Shown: positions 1 to 11,568 of the stretch, piece after piece
Position numbering within the stretch: position 1 is the stretch's first letter
Layout of the letters: every line of letters starts with the position of its first letter
Source: Eledone cirrhosa
Taxonomy: Eukaryota
DNA length: 64,000 bases
Direction of reading: 5' to 3'
Assembly (NCBI GenBank): GCA_964016885.1
Contig: OZ024756.1
Location: 25,730,001 to 25,794,000 of the forward strand
Made by a program: the position numbers and the translations under genes
Notes under the pieces: model-generated
Database searches by the model: none
What the model was told of the DNA's origin: nothing
Seen by the model: the letters and a program-made list of their open reading frames with translations, nothing else

Positions 1-96
1 GTGTGGCTGTAATTAAGTACAATGAAAATAAAAGTTACAGGCAAAAGAGGGTAATATCCATCGTCAGTTGTCTGCTAGGAATCACGCGAAGAACTA

Positions 97-147
<51 letters not shown>

Positions 148-348
148 GTAAGACCGTTATTGCTCCAATCAGTCAACTAACCCTCAGCAAATAACCTAAA
201 CGAAACACCAACCTGTGCCCATGACTCCTGACAAACAAACCGTACACACCTCCAAATTTGGCAAACCACATGATACATACATACATACATACATACATAC
301 ATGCATGCATGCATACATACATACATACATACATACATACACACATAC

Positions 349-895
349 AACCATCTGGAACGCACTTCGGAAAACAAAATTAACAACAAACGAGGAAGAA
401 TATATTGAGACAGATGGCACTAAGGAATACTGGTGGAACCTGAAAATAAAAACTGCCACCAAATTAAAGCACAACCGGCCTGATATTGTAGTTTGGGACC
501 ACACATTGAAAACGTGTTCTGTTGTGGAGATCAGCTGCCCACTTGATGTAAACGTTGTCAGAAAAATACAGGAGAAGGAGGACATCTACGGACCATTGAT
601 GAGGAGTTTACAAATCCAGTATCCAAGATACACCTTTAGCTTCATACCCATCATTATTGGTGCTACGGGGTATATACCAACCCGCTTGGACCAAAGTATG
701 ACTGAACTTGGATTTGCGGACAAAAAGCGCAGCTCCCTAATTCATAGTCTACAAATGGCTACGATAGCTGGCACCTTCAAAATTTGCAAAACATTCTTGC
801 GATTCAAGGGATGACAATTTCTTTTCTTTTACAACCTTGCCACCAGGAAGATGGCCGGTCAAAAAAATATACTCGAAATTAAGAGAAAGAGAAAA
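349..895 (+). mobile_element. 5'-truncated R4/Dong-like non-LTR retrotransposon 3' end (restriction-like endonuclease domain plus 3'UTR) in (CATA)n
   Basis: ORF 215..814 contains YWWN..I.T...HNRPDIVVWD......VVEISCP.D.NV..K..EK...Y, the PD-(D/E)xK RLE signature. CATA repeats flank both sides. Confidence 0.85.
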
Positions 896-1100
896 CATAC
901 ATACATACATACATACATACATACATACATACATACATACATACATACACACATACATACATACATACATAGATAGATAGATAGATAGATAGATACATAC
1001 ATACATACATACATACATACATACACACATACATACATACATACATACATACATACATACATACATACATACATACATACATACATACATACATACATAC

Positions 1101-1395
1101 ATGGTGGCTGCAAACTCTGCTAAGAGTTTTGCAATCGCTTGTCAGATTATAGAGTTTGGTGCACTTTTAGGCTACGGCCAGCCACACGAACCTGTAACAT
1201 ATCCTGAACAAGCAATGCCTGTGCTTTGAAGGTTTTTTAAGTGGTGAAAAGCTTTGCATCGAAAACACTACCCGAAAAGGAAAATTGGTCAACATCATCG
1301 GATGTTTCCGAAGCCGCAGGTTTTTTTTCCAGAGTTTCCCTCTCTTAGAAAGGTGTTGTGATAATAACTGGGGGCCTTTCACTCCCAGGTGACAA

Positions 1396-1427
<32 letters not shown>

Positions 1428-1472
1428 AAACACTAATTGGATGGCCGTTGACTCTGCTGAGTTCTCCGCTCT
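1101..1472 (-). mobile_element. Non-autonomous RTE-related element (family C) in (CATA)n
   Basis: 3' end ACTC-loop-GAGT-TTGCAGCCACCAT is shared with families A and B; 5' part GAGTCAACGGCCATCCAA resembles 8554-8570. Confidence 0.55.
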
Positions 1473-1517
1473 ACATACATACATACATACATACATACAT
1501 ACATACATACATTAGTT

Positions 1518-1783
1518 TACACCTTTAGCTTCATACCCATCATTATTGGTGCTACGGGTTATATACCAACCCGCTTGGACCAAAGTATGACCGAACTTGG
1601 ATTTGCGGACAAAAAGCGCAGCTCCCTAATTCATAGTCTACAAATGGCTGCGATAGCTGGCACCTTCAAAATTTGCAAAACATTCTTGCGATTCAAGGGA
1701 TGACAATTTCTTTTCTTTTACAACCTTGCCACCAGGAAGATGGCCGGTCAAAAAATATACTCGAAATTAAGAGAAAGAGAAAA
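1518..1783 (+). mobile_element. Second, shorter 5'-truncated copy of the R4/Dong-like element
   Basis: Near-identical to ~629-895 with the same 3' end (...AAGAGAAAGAGAAAA) followed by CATA repeats. Confidence 0.9.
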
Positions 1784-1796
1784 CATACATACATAC

Positions 1797-2331
1797 ATGA
1801 TGGCTGCCCCATCGTTATCGAGTATGGCTTTTACACGAAAGAAAAAAACCCCACATATATTAATAATTAACGGTGCTGCGATCGAATGTGGCTTTTTAGC
1901 ACAGCTAGTGATCTAAAATGTCTTGCACAGAGTTGGCAACCAAAACATTCACTGGCAATAGGCTGCTGTGGTTGGATTTCAGGTATTTTTGCATGTCATT
2001 TGAGCCCTCCTGCTGATCTACACTCTCTTCCACATGCTTGACAAGTATGAAGAGCAGCATCTCCGACAGCAGCCTGGTAGTCAACCACTGATCTCACTTT
2101 ATGACTGGGAAGATGACTTTCGAGTCCAGCTTTGCTTAGGCAGTGTTTTGCACAGACGCTGCATGTCAGCGCCATAGGAGGACCTTTGCTGTTTGGAAAT
2201 GCAACAGCAATGCTTTTCCTGACATCACTTTTTACTTTCTCGTATGCGATTCGAGATGCTTCAAAAGCAACTTTCCACTTATGTACAGTCTTTCTCCATT
2301 TATTACGATCAGCAGCTACGCTTTCCCAAGT
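1797..2331 (-). mobile_element. RTE-clade LINE 3' end (family A) with C-terminal C2H2 zinc finger(s)
   Basis: ORF 1996..2385 reads WESVAADRNKWRKTV...CSVCAKHCLSKAGLESH...CQACGRECRSAGGL, typical of an RTE ORF C-terminus; ends GGCAGCCATCAT. Confidence 0.8.
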
Positions 2332-2387
2332 ATACATACATACATACATACATACATACATACATACATACATACATACATACATAC

Positions 2388-2579
2388 ATGGTGGCTGCCA
2401 ACTCGTTTTCGAGTACGGCCACTACTTTACATCCATGTAGGAGAACCCCTACCGATGCGCTGAACAAGTGTGACTTTTTAGTCCAGCCATGGTACCATGT
2501 GATGACAAGTGCAGAGAGATCTCCAGATATAAAGCAATGCCTGTGCCGTGAAGCTTTTATAGTGAGCAAAGGCACTGCA
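2388..2579 (-). mobile_element. Truncated copy of non-autonomous RTE-related family B
   Basis: Matches the 3' part of 8383-8990 with an internal deletion; CATA flanks. Confidence 0.85.
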
Positions 2580-3127
2580 CATACATACATACATACATAC
2601 ATACATACATACATACATACATACATACATACATACATACATACATACACACATACATACATACATACAAACATACATACATACATACATACACACACAT
2701 ACATAGGTAAAATTCACCTGAGACAAATCGGCTGTATGGTTTCGATTCTTGGTGGAAACACAATACGCTACTTACCTGTACATGCCTTTCGTATGTCTGT
2801 TGTCAATGATCTGGAAATGGATGACTGCCACCTCGCTATCTGGCTATTTATTCGCTTTTATATGGAAATGAAGCGTTCGTTTTCCATCTAAGTTTACTAT
2901 TTCAAAGATTACAAAACGGTGTCGGCGCGTGCTCGCGTGCACGCCTGTGTGTGTGTATATATATATATATATACGTGTGTGTGTATCTATGTGTGAGTAT
3001 GTATGTGTGTGTGTGTATATGTGTCTGCGTGTGTGTGTATGTGTCTGTATGTGTGGTGTGAGTGTATGTTAATATTTGTGAGTATATATGCATATATGTT
3101 AGTTTAAGTGTACATATATTGAAATGT

Positions 3128-3440
3128 GAAGGCGTGTGGCTTAGTGGTTAGGGTATTCGGTTCACAATCGTATAGTCATGCGTTCGTTTCTCGGCGGCGC
3201 GGTGTGTCTTTGAATAAGACACTGTATTTCACGTTATTCCGGTTCACTCAACTGCGTTGTACCTGTAATTCAAAGGTTCGGCCTTGCCATAATTCTGTGT
3301 CACGCTGAATCTCCCTGAGAACTACATTATGGATACACGTATCTGTGGAATGCTCAGCCACTTGCACGTTAATTTCTCGAGCAGGCTGTTCTGTTGATCG
3401 TATCAACTTGAACACTCGTTGTAACCGACAGAATGCCAGT
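3128..3440 (+). mobile_element. tRNA-derived SINE (family 1); degraded relatives near 27340-27840, 39165-39350, 43200-43335, 49665-49775
   Basis: A box TGGCTTAGTGG, B-box-like GCGTTCGTTTC, then GTGTCTTTGAATAAGACACT core. Confidence 0.7.
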
Positions 3441-4208
3441 ATACATATACCGAAATAGGCGAACTGGTAAAGTCGTTAGAATGTCAGATAGAATATATTT
3501 GTAGTTTGCGTTCTGGCTTAGCGTTCTGAGTTCAAAACCCGCCGATGTCAACTTTATCTTTCATCTTTTCAAGGTTGATAAAAAAAAAAGTACCAGTCCA
3601 GTACTGGAGTAGTTCTTCCCCTATATATATTTTTCCCAACTCTCTCATTCTCTCTATATTTCCGGCAGAAATCAGCTGTGTTCATATTGCGCCCCTACGA
3701 CTCCATACATATTGAAATGCCTCAATATATATATATATATATATATCTTTTCCGTGATGTTATATTTGAAGAACTAGAACAGTTTAATATTTCATCGTTA
3801 TTCGACACTTTTATTTACGACAACCTAAAACAGCAATAAAAATGTATCTAAAAATACTTTCGCGCCTGCCATAAAAAAGGCTACCAAATTAATTTTAAAA
3901 TAATTTTAATGTCAAAAATGGAAAATGAACACTTTCACACCTCCTCGTAAAAATAAAAAACACAAAAAAACACAAAACAACACAAAAAAACACAAAAAAA
4001 ACACAAAAAAACACAAAACAACACACAAAAAACCCCAGAAAACACTAATATAAACTTCATTAAAAAATAATTATATATTTTAAGGTCACAAATGGCAAAA
4101 GTCATATTGAAAACTTGGCACCAAAATTGTAAACTGCTTCATCATGTAATGTATCTGAATCTACATGAATTTTGTAAAATAGTACTTGTTTTTGGACTTA
4201 GTCACTGC

Positions 4209-5034
4209 CAGAGGCTTAACTAGGGTATGGCAAGCATGGCACGTGTCATGAGAGTCACATGAAGGAGGCGTCACTTGGACTGGGAGCACGTTCTATTAAA
4301 GTCTAATAAGCCTCGTCGGAGAGTGAAAAAAAGAAACTCCTTCAGATGTATGATCTGTCCCTGATTATAATGGGTGAGAACACTATGATGGCTGGATCAT
4401 TAAACCATTTATATAAATTACTAGCAGTAAAGCCCGGCGTTGCTCGGGGTCGCTCAGTAGCTGTGTTAAAGTTACAATGTTAAGTTTCTTTTTTGGCTTA
4501 AAAACTGTAGTGTCTACTGTGCAGACTTGCATGTGGTGTTTTTGATTAATATTCCCTCAACCAACAATATGCCTTATGAAGTTAAGAAAACATAACGATA
4601 ACCCGAATGTTATAACAAAAGAGGATGCTGGGGATAAAAACTGCACTGGTTATTTATTAACAAAGATCGAAAATGTAAACACTGCAACGCAGAGAAAAAC
4701 AACGTAAGACGCTCAATGTAAACAGAACAAAGGGAAATAACTCGTCACTTACGCTCAAAAATCGATACATTAGATTCGATTTCGTCACATAGGGTGGGTC
4801 AATTTGAAATATTTTTTTTCCGATGTCTTCGCTAGGGCTCAATGTACAAGTATAGCAATTTCGGTGCAATTCCGTCAGAGATTCTAAGAGGAGATGTGTG
4901 CCAAAAATCGATAGACAGACAGACAACCACAGCTTTATATATATAGATTAGGCCCATAGGTAAAAATACAGTGCTGGGCAGCAACGCAAATTCACTGCTT
5001 GCCATGGGCGCTATTTTCCCTGGTTATGCCTCTG
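4209..5034. mobile_element. hAT-type MITE carrying a nested Helitron
   Basis: TIRs CAGAGGCTTAACTAGGG / CCCTGGTTATGCCTCTG; 8-bp TSD GTCACTGC / GTTACTGC (7/8 match). Confidence 0.85.
4421..4947 (-). mobile_element. Non-autonomous Helitron
   Basis: On the minus strand it starts TC(TATATA) and ends with hairpin CCCGAGCAACGCCGGG plus CTAG. Inserted at A|T with no TSD; the empty site is visible in the paralog at ~8200. Confidence 0.9.
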
Positions 5035-5309
5035 GTTACTGCACACCCGAACAGTGGGAAGCTGTGAAAAAAATTAAGTTAGAAGTAGGGCGGTGGATTG
5101 CCACAGTCGGTAGAGCGTCGAACAAAATGATTTACGGTATTTACGGTATTTAATTACGACTTTCTTCGTTTTAAGTTCAAATCCCGCCGAGGTCAATAAA
5201 ATAAAATACCAGCTAAGTACTGAAATCGATATAATCGACTTTCCCCTTTACCCAAATTGCTGGCCTTGTGCCAATGAGAAAAGAAAGTAAGATCATTCTG
5301 ATTCTCGTG

Positions 5310-5692
5310 CAGTGACGTAGCTAGAGTGTGTGCCGCCCGGGGCAGCCCTTCCGTTTGTGGTTTTTCTCGCACAGATGCGAGAAAAACCACAAACCCTCCA
5401 CCTCAATTCTACTTTTGAAAAGCACAAGAACTGCGAAACCGGTAAAGGAACCAAATAAATATTCTTAAAAAGACTCCAGTTGCATTTTCGATTTCATCTT
5501 TTTCCCTCATACTTTCACTCGTATAGGACATCGCATTTTTTTCATTTTGTAAAAAGAACCTCATTTTCCTCCGGTTGCAACGTTTTTCGAAATATTTACT
5601 TCTGCGTTCACAGATTCATTTTTTTAGTTTCAGAAGATCCCGTTAAGGGTGAAATCAGCGATTCTTTGCTTAAACTTTAATCTGTTATTTTA

Positions 5693-5744
<52 letters not shown>

Positions 5745-5904
5745 GGTAAACAGAAATAATAACTTGTGTGTACAATGATAATATTACGCTGCAACATTAA
5801 AAGAATGCTTATAGCCTACAGCAGTCCTAAAAGTACCACCCCCATAAAAGTTTCGCCTGGGGAGGACTGTCCCCCCCCTCTCTCTCTCTCTAGCTACGAT
5901 ACTG
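5310..5904. mobile_element. hAT-type MITE containing a Penelope-like LTR fragment; another 5' end copy at 32511-32550
   Basis: TIRs CAGTGACGTAGCTAGAG / CTCTAGCTACGATACTG; TSD TTCTCGTG / CTCTCGTG. Confidence 0.8.
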
Positions 5905-6121
5905 CTCTCGTGTTCCCACTACCTGGGTTTGCAGCGACGAAGTCTAAAGGCAGGAAATATCAAGTATCAACAGATGGACAGTTTAATCTAATGTAAATTA
6001 ATTTAACTTAATAATTACTTTAATTAAATGTTATCTTGTTTCAAAACATATAGCCTTAAACTTGCTTTTTCAACATGACCCTCAATAGCAACTGCAGCGG
6101 CAACAACCACAACAGAAACAA

Positions 6122-6400
6122 TAATTGTTTCTACTTTTGGCACAAGGCCAGCTATTTACCCCAGTGTATTACTGGTACTTTATGTTATCGACCCCGTAAG
6201 GATGAAAGGCAAAGGTAACCTCGGCGGGATTTGAACTCAGACTGTAAAGGGACGTAACTGTGCTAGAAAGCATGGCGTCCAACCCTCTACCTATACTGCC
6301 GTAATAATTGTTTCTACTTTTGGCACAAGGCCAGCAATTTACCCAATGCATTACTGGTACTTTATTCTATCGACCCCGGAAGGATGAAAGGCAAAGTTAG
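6122..6400 (-). mobile_element. Two tandem MetaSINE-like tRNA-derived SINEs (family 2)
   Basis: Reverse complement of GAGTTCAAATCC...GCCTTTCATCCTTACGGGGTCGATAA..AAAGTACCAG...GGCCTTGTGCCAAAAGTAGAAAC. Confidence 0.8.
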
Positions 6401-6457
6401 CTGTAATATAATAATGCAACTGAAACACAGGTCCCTAACTGGGCTTTAAAAACTATA

Positions 6458-6538
<81 letters not shown>

Positions 6539-6603
6539 TGTGTGTGTGTGTATATAATGTATATATATATGTGTGTGTATGTGTATATATATATATATGT
6601 GTG

Positions 6604-6711
<108 letters not shown>

Positions 6712-6869
6712 GCAATGAAATATCTATGATCGTCGGCAAATTACTGATGAGGGACTTATTTTATTACATGTTATCCATGTGCTACCAGCAGTATTTTTCT
6801 CCCCATTTTATCATATATATATATATATATATATATACACTCACATATATATATATATATATACACACT

Positions 6870-6907
<38 letters not shown>

Positions 6908-7199
6908 TATATTTTGAGAATAAACTCTCAGTCGTTTACAATAATTAAGCTCCAGGAAGGGGCTCTTCCGAGCAGTTAATACATTTAAAGTATATGATAA
7001 ACACGAAATGTGTTTACATTGCAACAAGGAGGTGTGGTAAGGAACCAGATGGACCATAACGCACCAGAGTACTCAATACTTAGGGTAGTAGAGTGGGTAA
7101 TATATATATATATAGTAATAATAATAAAATTGAAGACTAAAATCCAAAGAGGGCTCTATAAGGAAAATATATATCAAATATATAAGAACCGTAGAGCAA

Positions 7200-7324
7200 A
7201 TATTTATTAAAATAACAGATTAAAGTTTAAGCAAAGAATCGCTGCTTTCACCCTTAACGGGATCTAAGATCCCGTTAAGGGTGAAAGCAGCGATTCTTTG
7301 CTTAAACTTTAATCTGTTATTTTA

Positions 7325-7332
<8 letters not shown>
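7200..7332. repeat. Perfect 66-bp-arm palindrome from a Penelope-like LTR fragment
   Basis: 7200-7265 is the exact reverse complement of 7267-7332. The arm recurs at ~5634-5695, 37438-37500, 37620-37680 and 38213-38275. Confidence 0.92.
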
Positions 7333-7399
<67 letters not shown>

Positions 7400-7498
7400 G
7401 GAGGTGAGTTTTAATGTAGCACAATAAAGCAATGCAAATATGTTGATTTAAAACTTCACTATTCACAAGTGTTTTTTAAGCTTCATATCATGTCTCCC

Positions 7499-7569
7499 TA
7501 TTTTATCTGATGAGAACGCAGATATCATACCATGATGATATTTGTTTTTGAAATGCGCATAATAAAATA
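7499..7569 (+). ncRNA. Minimal type-I hammerhead ribozyme motif
   Basis: TATTTTAT-CTGATGA-stem II-GAAA-TGCGCA-TA-ATAAAATA: stem I is 8 bp, stem III is palindromic, predicted cleavage after AUA at 7561. Confidence 0.65.
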
Positions 7570-7599
7570 CTTGGAACTCTTTTAACCATCTTTTGATCT

Positions 7600-7658
<59 letters not shown>

Positions 7659-7680
7659 TTATTATTAATATTATTATTAT

Positions 7681-8033
7681 AAGGAAAATCAGGGTAGAGA
7701 GGGAAGTGCTCTCTTCCCACCATTTTGTTGAAAGATGGGTGAGAGAGGCAAGAATGGCCCGTGTGAATGGGCCTACTCTGAGTATGTGCCTGTAAATTGA
7801 AGGTGGAAAACTGGGAGATCGCACTTGCCCTGGTGGTCAAGGTCACCGTGGCTTTTTTTAATGGGCTTTCTCCACGAATGTCCCTCGGAAGTCTCCCCCC
7901 TATTGGGGAATTTTTCATCGTTTCTTTTTTTGGTACATCCTGTTTTTTGTTTTTTTACACGCAGAAATGCCCGTCCTGTATTGTCCTGTACTGTCCTTAA
8001 TGTCTACTTTGTGTAAACCCTTGTGGTTAATAA
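7681..8033 (+). mobile_element. Tx1-clade (L1-like) retrotransposon 3' end beside (TAT)n
   Basis: RKIRVEREVLS..FVERWV C-terminal motif and a 3'UTR ending CTTGTGGTTAATAA; homologous to 19730-20026. Confidence 0.75.
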
Positions 8034-8090
8034 GGGCTGAAGACGAGCACTTACCTCTTCGGTGATGCCCTGATTAACTTTTAAAGTCAA

Positions 8091-8287
8091 ATAAGCCTCG
8101 TCGGAGAGTGAAAAAAAGAAACTCCTTCAGATGTATGATCTCTCCCTGATTATAATGGGTGAGAACACTATGATGGCTGGATCATTAAACCCTTTATATA
8201 AATTATTAGGCCCATAGGTAAAAATACAGTGCTGGGCAGCAGCGCAATTTCACTGCTTGCCATAGGCGCTATTTTCCCTGGTTATGA
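8091..8287. mobile_element. Partial copy of the 4209-5034 MITE lacking the Helitron
   Basis: Near-identical to 4306-4420 joined directly to 4948-5028. Confidence 0.9.
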
Positions 8288-8382
8288 GTGTGTTCTGTTA
8301 TTATTTCTGGCAATATTATTACAACAATATGACCCTCCCTAAGTATAACTATATATATATATATATAGGTATGTATGTATGT

Positions 8383-8988
8383 CAGGTCACCAGTTGGTGC
8401 TACTGGTAACATGTATCCCAGTACAACCTGTCTCATGGTCGGGTCGTTGGCGACTAAACTGGCAACCCCACCAAGGTTTCTTGGTGAGGAGGGTGACTTT
8501 GGACATCATGCAGGACTAAAAACAAAACCTGTCAAAGGGCAAAGGAGCTCTTAAGAGTCAATGGCCATCCAAAATCACCGGGAGAGATGACCCCTTAGCC
8601 TTTGTCAAGGCAGAATTCTAGGAGAAGGAAAACTCTGATATAACACCTGCAACCCTGATGGTATCCAATGATGTTGACTTGTTTTTCTTTTTGGTAAATA
8701 TCATCTTGGTTAAGAGAGTGGGGCTGGCTTTGTGCAGTGCCTTTGCTCACTATAAAAGCTTCATGGCACAGGCATTGCTTTATATCTGGAGATCTCTCTG
8801 CACTTGTCGTCACATGGTACCATGGGCCCAGCACTATGTGTCAATAATTGTCACAAGTGTAGTGTTTGTACCAGAGTTTTCAAGTCGCTGGCTGGACTAA
8901 AAAGTCACACTCGTTCAGCGCATCGGTAGGGGTTCTCCTACATGGATATAAAGTAGTGGCCGTACTCGAAAACGAGTTGGCAGCCACC

Positions 8989-8990
<2 letters not shown>
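8383..8990 (+). mobile_element. Longest copy of bipartite non-autonomous RTE-derived element (family B)
   Basis: RTE-like 5'UTR motif CTAGGAGAAGGAAAACTCTGA joined to an RTE-like 3' stem-loop ACTCGAAAACGAGT-TGGCAGCCACCAT; no ORF; (TATG)n on the left, (TA)n on the right. Confidence 0.7.
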
Positions 8991-9034
<44 letters not shown>

Positions 9035-9049
9035 ATATTTATATATATG

Positions 9050-9216
<167 letters not shown>

Positions 9217-9370
9217 ATATATTTTGAGTATATGTTGGTTGTTTACCGACACCTCAGTATGCAGATTGGAGCACTCGACGAAGTACGCAGATTGGTTTCG
9301 TTACTCCGAAGTAATGTAAAATAAAATAATTAAGTCAAATATTTAAAATTTGGCTTCGTTTATTTTATTT

Positions 9371-9428
<58 letters not shown>

Positions 9429-9453
9429 GGAATTTTATCCGCTCTCTCTCTCT

Positions 9454-9653
9454 NNNNNNNNNNNNNNNNNNNNNNNNNNNNNNNNNNNNNNNNNNNNNNN
9501 NNNNNNNNNNNNNNNNNNNNNNNNNNNNNNNNNNNNNNNNNNNNNNNNNNNNNNNNNNNNNNNNNNNNNNNNNNNNNNNNNNNNNNNNNNNNNNNNNNNN
9601 NNNNNNNNNNNNNNNNNNNNNNNNNNNNNNNNNNNNNNNNNNNNNNNNNNNNN
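9454..9653. other. Assembly gap (200 N)
   Basis: Run of N flanked by (TC)n on the left and (GA)n on the right. Confidence 1.
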
Positions 9654-9702
<49 letters not shown>

Positions 9703-10074
9703 CCGTTTCGTGGTAATGACACATCCAATACCCAAGTCACGCCCATCTTTAATTTATCATCATCATCAACGTCATCATTATCATTGAGGGTGTGATAGTG
9801 GGCTGGAATGGGGTGGTTAGTGGAGGGCCCGGGGGCAAGGGGGCTTCCCAACTGCACCGGTGTGGCCACAAGGACCACCTTCACTGTCACTCAATAGGGG
9901 TGTACAGATGAATGTCACAGTAATCCACCAGATTAATATACCGTACAGTGTGTATCCAGTGTGTATCCAGTGTGTATACAGTGTGTATATAATGTGTATA
10001 TAATGTGTATATAATGTGTATGTATGTAACTACACCTCTCTTTAGTCACTTCATGTAACAAGCATTGACTGACA

Positions 10075-10076
10075 GA

Positions 10077-10119
<43 letters not shown>

Positions 10120-10123
10120 GCAG

Positions 10124-10169
<46 letters not shown>

Positions 10170-10227
10170 AGCCACTACTACTACTGCTACTGCTACAGCT
10201 GCTGCTGCAGGTGTTGACTTTGCGGAT

Positions 10228-10259
<32 letters not shown>

Positions 10260-10925
10260 GGCGGTGGTAGTGGTGGTGGTGGTGGGAAGGGTATGGAAGT
10301 GGTGGTGGTGGTGGTGGTGGCGGTGGTAGTGGTGGTGGTGGGAAGGGTATGGAAGTGGTGGTGGTGGTGGTTGTGGCGGTGGTGGTGGTGGTGGTGGTGG
10401 TGGTGGGAAGGGTATGGAAGTGGTGGTGGTGGTGGTGGTGGTAGTTGTGGCGGTGGTGGTGGTGGTGGTGGCGGTGGTAGTGGTGGTGGTGGGAAGGGTA
10501 TGGAAGTGGTGGTGGTGGTGGTTGTGGCGGTGGTGGTGGTGGTGGTGGTGGTGGTGGGAAGGGTATGGCAGTGGTGGTGGTGGTGGTGGTGGTGGTGGTG
10601 GTGGTAGTTGTGGCGGTGGTGGTGATGTTGGTGTTGTTAGTGGTGGTGGTGGTGGTGGTGTTGGTGGTAGTTGTGGCGGTGGTGGTGATGTTGGTGTTGT
10701 TAGTGGTGGTGGTGGTGGTGGTGGTGGTAGTTGTGGCGGTGGTGCTGGTGTTGGTGTTGTTGGTGGTGGTGGTGGTGGTGATGGTGGTGGTGGGAAGGGT
10801 ATGGCGGTGGTGGTGGTGGTGGTGGTAGTTGTGGCGGTGGTGGTGGTGTTGGTGTTGTTAGTGGTGGTGGTGGTGATGGTGGTGGTGGTGATAGCAGTTG
10901 AGTGGATGATGATGGTGGCGGTGGG
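10075..10925. repeat. (ACT)n followed by a compound (GGT)n array with recurring GGGAAGGGTATGG higher-order unit
   Basis: Direct inspection; similar GGT/GTA tracts at 14070-14430 and 30290-30495. Confidence 0.9.
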
Positions 10926-11568
10926 AGTTATTTTTTTTTTTTGTAGTTATTGAGTCTGTAGTTGTAGTTGTAGTTGTTGCTGTTGTTCAACCCTAGGTCA
11001 GTCCTGATCTAACAGATCTATGATTAAAGGTATTCCAGTCATGACCATCCCATCTTCATTTTCCAAGCCTTATCTAGGACTCGTATATACTTCCCTTTCT
11101 AAGAAAGCAATATGAGAGATATGACATGACTGCTATTTCTAGCAGGTTAAAAGCCCATGTAGAAACTATGTAGACTTGGAGAAAACTTTTAGTAGCACTG
11201 TGGGAGGGAGAAGTGGGGAAGCCAGTTGCTGTTGGTCACCCATGTAAGGGGAGTGGGTCTTTACTGCTCCCGATTTTTAGTTCTTATATTTGGTCCTGTT
11301 TTTAGCGAGTACATCGCAAGAATGAGCACACGCCATCGATTACGGATAAAAACCCAGGAACAGGTGTCTGGCATTCTCACACGTCTACTGAGATAGTTGT
11401 GACATAATCAGAGCTTAAAGTATTCATAGCAAGACTCCTATATGTTTATTGTACATAAACATATCGTATATACCTTCATATACACCTTTATTGGGAACCA
11501 CGCTATGTTAGTGCTACTGCTAATTAATCCAAACCAGTCAAGCTCGCATTATATATGCAAATGAGCAA

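Noticed and set aside
8385-8500. HDV-like ribozyme at the 5' end of the RTE-derived element
   Set aside because: I could not thread the P1-P2-P3-P1.1-P4 nested double pseudoknot by hand; kept only as an unassigned structure.
9442-9696. (TC)n / (GA)n inverted repeat across the gap
   Set aside because: The arms are separated by a fixed-size 200-N scaffold gap, so adjacency and orientation are not established.
10293-10953. Glycine-rich or valine-rich protein ORFs (also 13917-14459, 30174-30518)
   Set aside because: These are translations of (GGT)n microsatellite, with no splice or domain support.
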